Source: a virus (Duplodnaviria > Caudoviricetes). Taken from it: a stretch of DNA of 64,000 bases. Location: IMG/VR virus record IMGVR_UViG_3300005076_000003, positions 1 through 64,000 of that record; one strand, written 5' to 3'. Both the position numbers and the translations under genes were made by a program. The notes under the pieces are model-generated. The model saw only the letters and a list, made by a program, of their open reading frames with translations, was not told the DNA's origin and searched no databases. Of this stretch, positions 1-8,199 are shown piece by piece (within the stretch, counting starts at the first letter, position 1; every line of letters begins with the position of its first letter).

Positions 1-35
1 TAAGTTTGTGGCATTAAACAGAGGGAAGGTAGCCG

Positions 36-63
36 AAGTGTTCGATTCACTGTGAGGACTCCA
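36..63 (+). tRNA. tRNA-like 3' end (T-arm + CCA); 5' part outside window or degenerate
   Basis: AGTG-TTCGATT-CACT T-arm (37-51), then 7 nt + discriminator + CCA at 61-63; anticodon not assignable. Confidence 0.3.
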
Positions 64-70
64 CAACCAA

Positions 71-141
71 GTTAATATCGAGAAACATTCTATTCGCTCT
101 AGGATGTTTCATCAATATTAACAAAAGACCATAGGAGCGAA
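71..141 (+). promoter_or_regulatory. Long hairpin whose loop can pair with the RBS of the HNH gene (pseudoknot)
   Basis: GTTAATAT/ATATTAAC and GAAACATTCT/AGGATGTTTC stems (71-122); loop TTCGCTC (93-99) is complementary to GAGCGAA (135-141), overlapping AGGAG. Confidence 0.55.
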
Positions 142-143
142 AT

Positions 144-761
144 ATGGTAGTTACACTTGAAAGTCCTTTTAACACCCTCTACAGAAAAGCCTATCTTAGG
201 GAAGACAGTAAGGGTAGAAGAAGGGTTGATTTGATTAATAGTAGAAATGATAGAACGACAGTTTCTTACGCAAGATATTTAATGTGTGTTAAAATTGGGT
301 ACGTGTTGTCAAATGACTATGAGGTTGATCATATTGATGGTAATTGTAATAATGATGAAATTTCGAATCTACAAATATTGACCAAAGAAGAACACCTAAA
401 GAAAACAACCAAAGAGGTTACAACTGGTCGGAGTGTTAGGACGCTTTCTTGCATTTGTTGTGGTAAAGATTTTGAAAGAGAAGTTAGGAACATAAGAAAT
501 TCAAGATCAATTTGTAGCAGGTCGTGTAACGGAAAGCTATCAACTAACCTTAAAGCTAAAAGTAAAGCTTTAAGTTATGAAGAAGTTCTTGAGATAAGAA
601 GTTTGTTTGTTAAGGGTGATAAGGTGTACGGCATAGCTGGACTAGCCAGACTTTCGGAGTTAGTAAAAACACTTTATCTAAAGCGATATACGATGAAGAT
701 TATGCATTGTAAAACTACACAGTTGGTTGGGAGTTCGAAGCTCTCCTACGAGACCACTTAA
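144..761 (+). CDS. HNH homing endonuclease with Zn-finger and HTH; probable -1 frameshift near 653 (natural stop 710-712)
   Basis: YEVDHIDGNCNNDEISNLQIL HNH motif, CxxC..CSRSC; the -1 frame gives LARL-FGVSKNTLSKAI, a typical HTH end. Confidence 0.85.
   Translation: MVVTLESPFNTLYRKAYLREDSKGRRRVDLINSRNDRTTVSYARYLMCVKIGYVLSNDYEVDHIDGNCNNDEISNLQILTKEEHLKKTTKEVTTGRSVRTLSCICCGKDFEREVRNIRNSRSICSRSCNGKLSTNLKAKSKALSYEEVLEIRSLFVKGDKVYGIAGLARLSELVKTLYLKRYTMKIMHCKTTQLVGSSKLSYETT
713..756 (+). pseudogene. Orphan 3' half of a tRNA
   Basis: GGGAG-TTCGAAG-CTCTC T-arm (729-745), CTACGAG, discriminator A, CCA (754-756); no matching 5' half adjacent. Confidence 0.55.
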
Positions 762-797
762 TGCGGAAACCAAGATGGTGTAGTGAAGTAAACGAAT

Positions 798-1430
798 AGT
801 TAAGTTTATGAATCGAGAGTTAGAGCATTTCTAATAATTCCGCTCCATATTCAAAGAATATCCAAGAAGCTTAGAAGAATGTGACTTTAGCATTCTGCTG
901 GTATGAAAGGTAGTGACGATTACCGATTAGACATACGATGCTCAAATACTTGGATTGTTAACAACACCAAACAAGCCTAGATACTTCGGTAAATGCTCAA
1001 ACTGTTTGGTTACTTAAACAGGTGTTTTGGCGGTATTCACCTTAACAAAATACCACCCTCATTTCAGATATAGGTGTTCCACTACCTTCATACTAAACTA
1101 CAACTCTAGCGTTTTGCACAGAGAAGAACGTGTTTAGATAGTAAAATGCAAAGGTGTTATGACCTTCCACCGTACACAAAGGTCAACTAATACTTCGGTT
1201 AGTGTATCGGTTGTCACGTACTGACGCACGATTACTTTTAAAGGTCTAGTAGAAATGCTACACCGCCTAGCTCCTCCATAACGTGATTGGAAACGCACTA
1301 GGTAAGTTGACTGCTAGGAAAGTCTAGCAATCTGCTAAACTAGCAATTTTATTGAGAAGTGAATGAAGTGAGCGGAAACTACTAGGAACGGTGTACAACG
1401 GTTTTAGAAAGTCTTAACATGGACTTAGCT
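798..1430 (+). ncRNA. Large (~630 nt) multi-helix ncRNA, ROOL/GOLLD-like context; family unconfirmed
   Basis: No ORF >=60 aa; 13-bp closing helix 798-810/1418-1430; long-range helices 824-833/1250-1259, 838-845/1370-1377, 901-915/1080-1093, 1259-1270/1382-1395; two cUUCGg tetraloops. Confidence 0.75.
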
Positions 1431-1491
1431 CAGTTGGTTAGAGCAACGGACACTAATCCGTAGGTCGGTGGTTCAAGTCCACCAGTCACAG
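1419..1491 (+). tRNA. Pseudo-tRNA (Arg-TCT-like body; 6-nt anticodon loop, broken acceptor stem, no CCA)
   Basis: TAGCTCAGTTGGTTAGAGC D-arm, ACGGA/TCCGT stem with loop CACTAA, GGTGG-TTCAAGT-CCACC T-arm; only 4 acceptor pairs. Confidence 0.75.
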
Positions 1492-1527
1492 TTCATTTCA
1501 TCAATAAAATTATAATAATTAGGAATT

Positions 1528-1779
1528 ATGTTTATGTCTGGAAGATGCACTTGTTGCAATCGTATACTTATACGACCAACAGGTAAAAGAAAGTTAGAAG
1601 ATGGGTCGTTTGTAGAAGAGACATTCTGTAATGTGTGTAGATATGAAGTAGATAAAATCTTACGTGATAGTTATTACAGCTCTGCTGATAACAATAATAA
1701 GAATATTAAGTTTGAGGGTATTGTAGAACAGCAAATGTTTTATGGTTGTGTTACCCCTCAGAAGAATCCCATCTATTAG
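1528..1779 (+). CDS. Small Zn-binding protein (two CxxC)
   Basis: RCTCCN and FCNVC motifs; AGGA RBS. Confidence 0.6.
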   Translation: MFMSGRCTCCNRILIRPTGKRKLEDGSFVEETFCNVCRYEVDKILRDSYYSSADNNNKNIKFEGIVEQQMFYGCVTPQKNPIY

Positions 1780-1789
1780 ATTAAAAGTT

Positions 1790-1897
1790 TTGTTGATTGT
1801 GTCCGTAGGCGATACGGTAAAAATATGAACATTGGTGACCGATTAACAGCAGTAGCGACCAATGTAAAGCAACTATTCGCACGTTGCCAATCAACAA
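1790..1897 (+). ncRNA. Four-way-junction structured RNA candidate
   Basis: P1 1790-1799/1888-1897 (10 bp), P2 1803-1807/1813-1817, P3 1829-1836/1858-1865 (8 bp), P4 1869-1873/1883-1887. Confidence 0.55.
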
Positions 1898-1942
1898 TTT
1901 AGTTTTATAACAAGAAAGAAAATAACAATAAATAATAAGATT

Positions 1943-2023
1943 CCCTAACAGGAGTTGTGGAGAGGAAAGCTGAAGTGATGCAATGTCACTATTATGTGCT
2001 TTCAGTGCTAAGACAGGTAGGGT
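1943..2023 (+). ncRNA. Structured RNA with glycine-riboswitch-like core motifs
   Basis: GGAGAG..GCTGAAG..GCAA..CTTTCAG..GACAG in the expected order; stems AAGTGA/TCACTT and CCCTA/TAGGG. Confidence 0.3.
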
Positions 2024-2067
2024 GGTCATTAGTACACTACTTATATAAGAATAATAAAGGATAAATC

Positions 2068-2325
2068 ATGGCAGCTCAAACCTTCATCTTAACAACAACA
2101 CCAACAAAGATATTAGATGGAACACGCGCTGCGTATGTTCAAGAGATTGTTGGTACTGGAACTAAATTCACTGTATCTTCATCCGCAACTCCTCCAAACA
2201 CTTCAACTACACCAGCATGCACTATTCTAAAGAATGATTTACAAGTGTCTGCGGGTTTCCCTATTTGGGCTTGGAGTCCAACTGCATCAAATATCACAGT
2301 AACTGTCCTAACATCTGAACAATAA
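2068..2325 (+). CDS. Small beta-rich protein, probable virion/tailspike partner
   Basis: 85 aa, Thr/Val-rich, good RBS, directly upstream of the tailspike. Confidence 0.6.
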   Translation: MAAQTFILTTTPTKILDGTRAAYVQEIVGTGTKFTVSSSATPPNTSTTPACTILKNDLQVSAGFPIWAWSPTASNITVTVLTSEQ

Positions 2326-2341
2326 TAAAAAGGAATAAGAA

Positions 2342-4213
2342 ATGATTGCAAGTGGTGGAACAGCTACATTAGGTTTATACGATTTTAAAGCTGGTTTAGA
2401 TGAATTTGGTAAGATCAATTATTGGGGATTACAGACTAACGGCTACCCAATCAACAAAAGGGTTATGCTTACGGATGGAAACATTGTTCGATCAACCGTA
2501 ACTAATAATACTGCAAATCCGAACACTGATATGACTGGATGGTTATTTGATTCGGAAGCATTGACAATTATAAAACTAAAATCCTTAAAACCATCTAGTG
2601 GCACCTTATATTATTTGCAAGATAAAGCAGGATATTTTCAGTGGGTCGTTGGTGACTATTCTTCAATGGTGTTACTAGATGTAAATGAGGGAATTTACAT
2701 CAAAGCGACTTTTATATCCTCAAGTTTAGGGTGCTGGAAGCGCATATTTTCAGGATTACCTCTTGCAACTTGGTTCGGTGATATGGCAAACTCAGCAAAC
2801 ATTCAAAATGCAATTAATGTTTGTAAATATCATAAAGGTATTTATTTTGACGGTGCATCTATGTCTGGCTCATCTTCAATAACACTTGATGGGTTCAATG
2901 ATTTTGAAATTAAAGCTCAAAATACGACAGTAACTGGATCTGCAACAAAACCATTTATTATAAAAAACTCAGTAAATGTAAGAGCCTTTGGTTTTAAGCA
3001 TGATTATACAGGTTTTTCAAGCGGACTTAACGCCACTCTTTTTGATGTTGAAAATTCAACGAATATCCAGATATTTGAAAATCAGACAAATACATCAGCA
3101 ATCTCTACTCCGAAAAATTGCAAACAAGTTCAGATATATAAAAATACAGTTGACTTAGGGGCAATGCAAAATCAAGGAATTCAATTACAAGGCTGTAGCA
3201 ATGTTTATATTTATCTAAATACTATTAAAAACAGCCTAATTGACGGTATTAAAATCACAGGTGATGTAAATTCAGGTGTGTTTATTTACAATAACCACTT
3301 TGAAAATCTGGGTGGATTTGAAACACAAGGAGATTGTGTAGATTGTTATGGTGGCGGTACAAATGTAGTTATTTATAAAAATACGGCTAAAAATTGCAGA
3401 CAACTCGCAAATATTAAAAAGGGTGACTTGTCAACAGGAGATGCACCAACTTCAAAAATCTATGTCGGTGAAAATATCTGCGTCGATGTTGGAAATCTAT
3501 GTCAATTATGGAATGTAGACCATGTTTCTGTAATGAACAATAGGCTAATTCATACCCCTGATTTTGTTCCGTCAACACAAATATCTCCATCATTGATATA
3601 CATTCAGTTTACAACCGAAGATTTAAAGATCATTAACAATGAGTTTATCGATGTAATTGCACCAACGGCAGTAATTTATGTTTATGGTGGGGATGCCAAA
3701 AAGCTAGATGTTATTGGAAATAGTGTTACAGGAACTGCAACGACATCACAGTTTGCCGATATTTACATCACCGCAAATAATGGACATATAAATATTGAGA
3801 ACAACAATATTGGTCATGTTGGGACTAATCTAGCTGTAAGAGTTCAGCCGCCAACTACAACAGGGCAGCATGTAATTAATATTGATAAAAACAAGTTTAA
3901 AAACGGCATTCGAATTGACAACATGCCGACCGCAAGCATTGTTAATATTTTTGAAAACTCAATACCTTCTACTGTAGCAAGGCCTATTCATTTCGCAGCA
4001 ACAACAAGTTCTCCGATTATTAACATTGGTAGAAATAGCTGGCAAGGTCTGGCGAAAGGGACTACCGCACAAAGACCAATACTACCGACTGCTTTGGCGG
4101 ATGCTGTTTTGTATTCTGGGCAGCAATACTTCGATACGACGCTAATCAAGCCAATTTTTGTGAAGCAGACAAATCCGATGGTATGGGTAGATTCAACAGG
4201 CGCAACCGTGTAA
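2342..4213 (+). CDS. Tailspike / capsule depolymerase (right-handed beta-helix)
   Basis: GYPINKRVMLTDGNIVRSTVTNNTANPNTDMTGW particle-binding motif of Acinetobacter phage spikes; N/I/V-rich PbH1-like repeats; C-terminal GTTAQRP..YFDTTL..WVDSTG motif. Confidence 0.85.
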   Translation: MIASGGTATLGLYDFKAGLDEFGKINYWGLQTNGYPINKRVMLTDGNIVRSTVTNNTANPNTDMTGWLFDSEALTIIKLKSLKPSSGTLYYLQDKAGYFQWVVGDYSSMVLLDVNEGIYIKATFISSSLGCWKRIFSGLPLATWFGDMANSANIQNAINVCKYHKGIYFDGASMSGSSSITLDGFNDFEIKAQNTTVTGSATKPFIIKNSVNVRAFGFKHDYTGFSSGLNATLFDVENSTNIQIFENQTNTSAISTPKNCKQVQIYKNTVDLGAMQNQGIQLQGCSNVYIYLNTIKNSLIDGIKITGDVNSGVFIYNNHFENLGGFETQGDCVDCYGGGTNVVIYKNTAKNCRQLANIKKGDLSTGDAPTSKIYVGENICVDVGNLCQLWNVDHVSVMNNRLIHTPDFVPSTQISPSLIYIQFTTEDLKIINNEFIDVIAPTAVIYVYGGDAKKLDVIGNSVTGTATTSQFADIYITANNGHINIENNNIGHVGTNLAVRVQPPTTTGQHVINIDKNKFKNGIRIDNMPTASIVNIFENSIPSTVARPIHFAATTSSPIINIGRNSWQGLAKGTTAQRPILPTALADAVLYSGQQYFDTTLIKPIFVKQTNPMVWVDSTGATV

Positions 4214-4288
4214 AATTTATCAAGAGCTTTCTAATAAGTCAAGGCTGTAAAATACCTTTAATCAAACGCCTCTGGCAGGAGAAATATA

Positions 4289-4651
4289 ATGCCTTTTGTC
4301 AAAGGACAAAGTGGAAACCCGAAAGGTCGTGGAACTGGTAAGGACTTGGTTAATCCTAAGTCTCTTACTGGTGAAGAAATTAGGGAAAAAGAATTTAAAC
4401 AAATTCTTAGACGTTTAAAACCGTTAAATAACAAAGCAATGATAAAACTAAATGACCTGATTGATTCAGAAGGAACAACAGAAGCTACGCGTATGAAAGC
4501 TATTGTATTCATTATGAAAACATATCAAGACATGATGGATGATTTGTATAAGCCAGTGAATGGTGGAAGTTCAGATGGTGATGATCAAGACGATAAGTCT
4601 GATTCAACTCCGTTAATTTCCTTTAAAGTTTTAGAGGGAGGGGCTAAGTAA
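4289..4651 (+). CDS. terS: Terminase small subunit
   Basis: FVKGQSGNPKGR N-terminal motif; immediately upstream of TerL. Confidence 0.8.
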   Translation: MPFVKGQSGNPKGRGTGKDLVNPKSLTGEEIREKEFKQILRRLKPLNNKAMIKLNDLIDSEGTTEATRMKAIVFIMKTYQDMMDDLYKPVNGGSSDGDDQDDKSDSTPLISFKVLEGGAK

Positions 4652-4677
4652 GCCCTCCCTTATTTTGTAGGTAAGCA

Positions 4678-6132
4678 ATGCAAGAAGAAAAACAAAGAGA
4701 TGTAATTGCTCCTGCCAGTAAACCACAAGAGTTATTCATTAACTCTGAGGCAGATATTACTATTGCCAGTGGTAGTGCTGGTAGTAGTAAATCATATTCT
4801 ATTTTATTAAGATGGTTAAGGTTTATTAATTGCCCTTATTCAAGGGGTGTAATCTTCCGTAGAACATCTACACAGTTATTACAACAAGGCGGTCTTTGGG
4901 ATGATGCTATTGCATTATATAGTAGGATTGACCCTAACTTAAAGATTAAGATTAAAGATCGTAAACTAATCTTCTCTACAGGAGCTTCTTTACAGTTTTC
5001 TCACTATGAGAACGAAGCAGCTAAAGAGAAGTTTAAAGGTTTACAAGCTGATTATATTGCTTTCGATGAAGCAACAGAATTTACAGAAGAGATGATTACA
5101 TATCTCTTATCTCGTAACCGTAACTCAGGCGTTGTTGGTTATCATAAATCAACTATGTGTATGGCAACAAACCCTCACTGTGATTCATTTTTGAAAGATT
5201 GGATATGGTGGTGGTTAGACCCTGATACAGGTATTCCTGACCCTGAGAAGCGTGGAGTAACACGTTACTTCGTTAAACTACGTGATGGTGGTTTTGATTG
5301 GTACGATTCAAGAGAAGAAGCTGAAGTAGTCTACGGAACAGCTAAAGACAATGGTGTTAAGTCAATGTGTGTTATTGGTAGTACAATCTACGATAACCCT
5401 TACATTGATCCATCGTATATCTCAAGCTTAAAAGCATTATCTCGTGTAGAGCAAGATCGATTACTATTTGGTAGTTGGACAGCTCGTGAAGAGTCTACTG
5501 GTTACTTCAAGCAAGATTGGGTTCAGAAAGTAAGTCATCCGAATATTAAAGCTGTACAAAGAGTACGTTCTTGGGATTTAGCTGCATCTGAACCGAGTGA
5601 GAAATATAAAGACCCTGACTACACAGCAGGGGTTCTTATTTCTAAAGATAAAGACAAAGTATACACAATTGAGAACGTAATTCGTTTCCGTAAGAAGTTT
5701 CTAGGCGTTGAAGAGATGATTCTAAGAACAGCTATGGAAGACGGTAGAGATACAATCATCACCTTACCATTAGACGTTGGTGCAAGCAGTCAGAGCTACG
5801 CTAAGACCGTCCAAGCTAAGTTAGCAGAACACGGTTTTACTGTAAAACTTATTAAACCAAAAGCTAACAAAGTATTGCGTTTCGGTGCGTTTGCTTCAAT
5901 GGCAGAGGCAGGTTATGTGAAGTATGTTGATGATCATGGTTTACCGATAGAAGAACCGTGGAATAAAGTGTATATCTCTGAATTAGAAAGTTTTGATGGT
6001 GGTCGTAAAGGACATGACGATATGGTCGATGCTACATCAGATGCTTTTAACTACATCAGTAAGCAATTAGCTTTACCATCAATTAGTCTTACCTCGTTTA
6101 CACAATCAAACCCATTCTCAAGAGATTTTTAA
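4678..6132 (+). CDS. terL: Terminase large subunit
   Basis: Walker A GSAGSSKS, Walker B IAFDEA, MATNP coupling motif, nuclease WDLAAS and HDDMVDA. Confidence 0.97.
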   Translation: MQEEKQRDVIAPASKPQELFINSEADITIASGSAGSSKSYSILLRWLRFINCPYSRGVIFRRTSTQLLQQGGLWDDAIALYSRIDPNLKIKIKDRKLIFSTGASLQFSHYENEAAKEKFKGLQADYIAFDEATEFTEEMITYLLSRNRNSGVVGYHKSTMCMATNPHCDSFLKDWIWWWLDPDTGIPDPEKRGVTRYFVKLRDGGFDWYDSREEAEVVYGTAKDNGVKSMCVIGSTIYDNPYIDPSYISSLKALSRVEQDRLLFGSWTAREESTGYFKQDWVQKVSHPNIKAVQRVRSWDLAASEPSEKYKDPDYTAGVLISKDKDKVYTIENVIRFRKKFLGVEEMILRTAMEDGRDTIITLPLDVGASSQSYAKTVQAKLAEHGFTVKLIKPKANKVLRFGAFASMAEAGYVKYVDDHGLPIEEPWNKVYISELESFDGGRKGHDDMVDATSDAFNYISKQLALPSISLTSFTQSNPFSRDF

Positions 6133-6147
6133 TGCAAGGAACAAAAC

Positions 6148-7605
6148 ATGAGTGATATAGTGGATGTTACCAAAGCATCTAAAGAATCTTTAAGATTTAC
6201 AATTGAGCAATTAGGTTACACTGGTTTAAAGGTAAACAACGGACAGATCAACGAAGAGATTAAACGAGAGTTACAATTTCCTCAAAGCATCTTAACTTAT
6301 AAACAAATGGGTTACGATTCTACAGTAGCTTCTGCTTTAAACTACTATGAACACATGATGCTTAAAGCTAATGTCGAAGTTAAACCACACCCTAAAGCAA
6401 ATGAACAAGAGCAAGAATATGCTCAGTTCTTCAAAGAATGCTTAGATGATATGGATAACCAATCTTGGCAAGACTTTGTTCAAGAAGTTGCAAGTATGAA
6501 CCAATATGGGTTCTGTGTTAATGAGATTATCCTTCGTAGACGACTTTACTCAAAAGGTAGTAAGTATAACGATGGTAAGGTTGGTATCCGTAAGTTACCA
6601 ATTCGTTCTCAAGACAGTATTTCTAAGTGGAACTACGATGATGAACAAAACCTTATTGGTTTAACACAAACAGTAGCTAAGACAGGTAAACGTGGACAAG
6701 TATTACTTTCATCTAAAGGTGAAGAGATTACATTACCTCGTAACAAGTTCTTATTGTTTCGTCTAGGTAAGAAGAAAGACTCTCCTGTTGGTGATTCTCC
6801 ATTGAAAGGCTGTTACTACCCGTGGAAGTATAAGAGTGCTGTAGAAGAACTTGAAAGCGTGGGGTTAAATCGTGATCTTTCGGGAGTTCCTGTTGCATGG
6901 ATTCCTCCTCAAGTGATGGCAGAAGATGCTGATGAATCTACAAAAGCTCAATACCAAGAGTGGAAGAACATTGTTCGTAACATTCAACAGAATCAGCAAT
7001 CAGGTATGGTATTACCTCTAGCTTATGATGAGAACACTAAGCAACCTTTGTTTAAGTTTGAATTATTAAAGAATGAAGGTGGTAAAGCTTACGACACATC
7101 AAGTATTAAACAGTATTACAGCAATGCTATCTTAACAGCTTTGAGTGCAGATTTACTCGTAATGGGTCAAGGTAGTACAGGTAGTTATGCTTTAGGTAAT
7201 ATCAAGAACAGTTTATCAGCTATTGCTATTGAAGCTAAGTTGAAAGAGATTTGTAACGTAATCAACCAACATTTGATCCCTATGATTGGTCGAATGAATC
7301 GTTGGAATTTAACTCGTTTACCTTACATTGAGTTTGATGATCTTGAGTCTGTTTCATTAGAGGATACGTCAAAATTCTTACAACGTGTTGGCAGTATTGG
7401 TATCTTACCTAAGACTCTTCCTGTTGTTAACCGTGTTCTAAATCTTATTGGTTTAGATTCACTACCTGAAGATGCAGATTTGTCAGAGTTATTGACGGAC
7501 AATACAAGCAAGGCTGGACAAGAGCTAGACAATCCTCTTGAGGGAAGTCGTAAAACTGCTAGTATAGGTAATGATAACGACAACAACTTAGATAACGCAG
7601 GGTAG
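6148..7605 (+). CDS. Portal protein
   Basis: 485 aa after TerL; GDSPLKGCYYPW, RDLSGVPV, GSYALG motifs. Confidence 0.9.
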   Translation: MSDIVDVTKASKESLRFTIEQLGYTGLKVNNGQINEEIKRELQFPQSILTYKQMGYDSTVASALNYYEHMMLKANVEVKPHPKANEQEQEYAQFFKECLDDMDNQSWQDFVQEVASMNQYGFCVNEIILRRRLYSKGSKYNDGKVGIRKLPIRSQDSISKWNYDDEQNLIGLTQTVAKTGKRGQVLLSSKGEEITLPRNKFLLFRLGKKKDSPVGDSPLKGCYYPWKYKSAVEELESVGLNRDLSGVPVAWIPPQVMAEDADESTKAQYQEWKNIVRNIQQNQQSGMVLPLAYDENTKQPLFKFELLKNEGGKAYDTSSIKQYYSNAILTALSADLLVMGQGSTGSYALGNIKNSLSAIAIEAKLKEICNVINQHLIPMIGRMNRWNLTRLPYIEFDDLESVSLEDTSKFLQRVGSIGILPKTLPVVNRVLNLIGLDSLPEDADLSELLTDNTSKAGQELDNPLEGSRKTASIGNDNDNNLDNAG

Positions 7606-7697
7606 CAATATGAAATTGCAGGGTAACTTACTCTTGCTAAACAATAAACAAAAGTAATGATAAAAGCTTATATTTATAAAAATATTTAATTAAAGTA

Positions 7698-7726
7698 TTT
7701 ACAAATAAAATTCTTGGTTATATAAT
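7698..7726 (+). promoter_or_regulatory. Sigma70-type promoter for head genes
   Basis: TTTACA-17-TATAAT. Confidence 0.7.
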
Positions 7727-7800
7727 ACAGCTATGAGCAACACTGATTGCTATACATAATAAATATAAGCTTACTCCGCTACAATAATAAGGGTAAGTAT

Positions 7801-8199
7801 ATGCGTCCTAAAAAGACAAACATTCCAATTATTAAACAAGCAAATGAAGAATTAAAACAAGCGACATTCCTTGTACTCTCTCCTGATGAAGTTGACTTAC
7901 ATGGCGATGTATATGACGCTAATGAAGTTCGTAAAGCTTGTCATAACTTCAACACCTACTGTCGTAAAGCAAACCTCTTGCACCTTTTTGATACCGAAGC
8001 TTTCTCTGTTGCTGAGAGTTATATTGCACCAGTTGATATGCAAATGGGCGAAACAACTATTAAAGCAGGAAGTTGGTTATCAGTGTTACAGTTCACAGAC
8101 GAGTCTATATGGGCTGAGGTTAAGGATGGGGGCTATTCGGGGGTTAGCATCGGAGCAAAGGCTGATGCAGAAGATTTAGAAGAGGGTCAAGATGACTGA
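7801..8199 (+). CDS. Prohead serine protease (XkdF-like)
   Basis: VLSPDEVDLHGD, NLLH, AESYIAP, GSW, YSGVSIG; ATG 7801 preferred to TTG 7747. Confidence 0.85.
   Translation: MRPKKTNIPIIKQANEELKQATFLVLSPDEVDLHGDVYDANEVRKACHNFNTYCRKANLLHLFDTEAFSVAESYIAPVDMQMGETTIKAGSWLSVLQFTDESIWAEVKDGGYSGVSIGAKADAEDLEEGQDD

Noticed and set aside
798-1430. Group I intron, RNase P RNA or tmRNA identity for the large RNA
   Set aside because: No convincing P7 R/S pair (only a weak AGATATAGG near 1066), no RNase P GAGGAAAGUC P4 motif, no tmRNA acceptor ends, and no flanking exons
1781-2029. Minus-strand 82-aa ORF and other antisense or overlapping ORFs in the track (e.g. 4258-4512, 7323-7586, 41661-41873, 60640-60864)
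   Set aside because: Shadow frames of real genes or RNA structures; no RBS and atypical composition
7747-7800. Upstream alternative starts given by the ORF track (7747, 14512, 22226, 22836, 53079, 61264, 61596)
   Set aside because: Better RBS-ATG pairs and homology-type starts lie downstream
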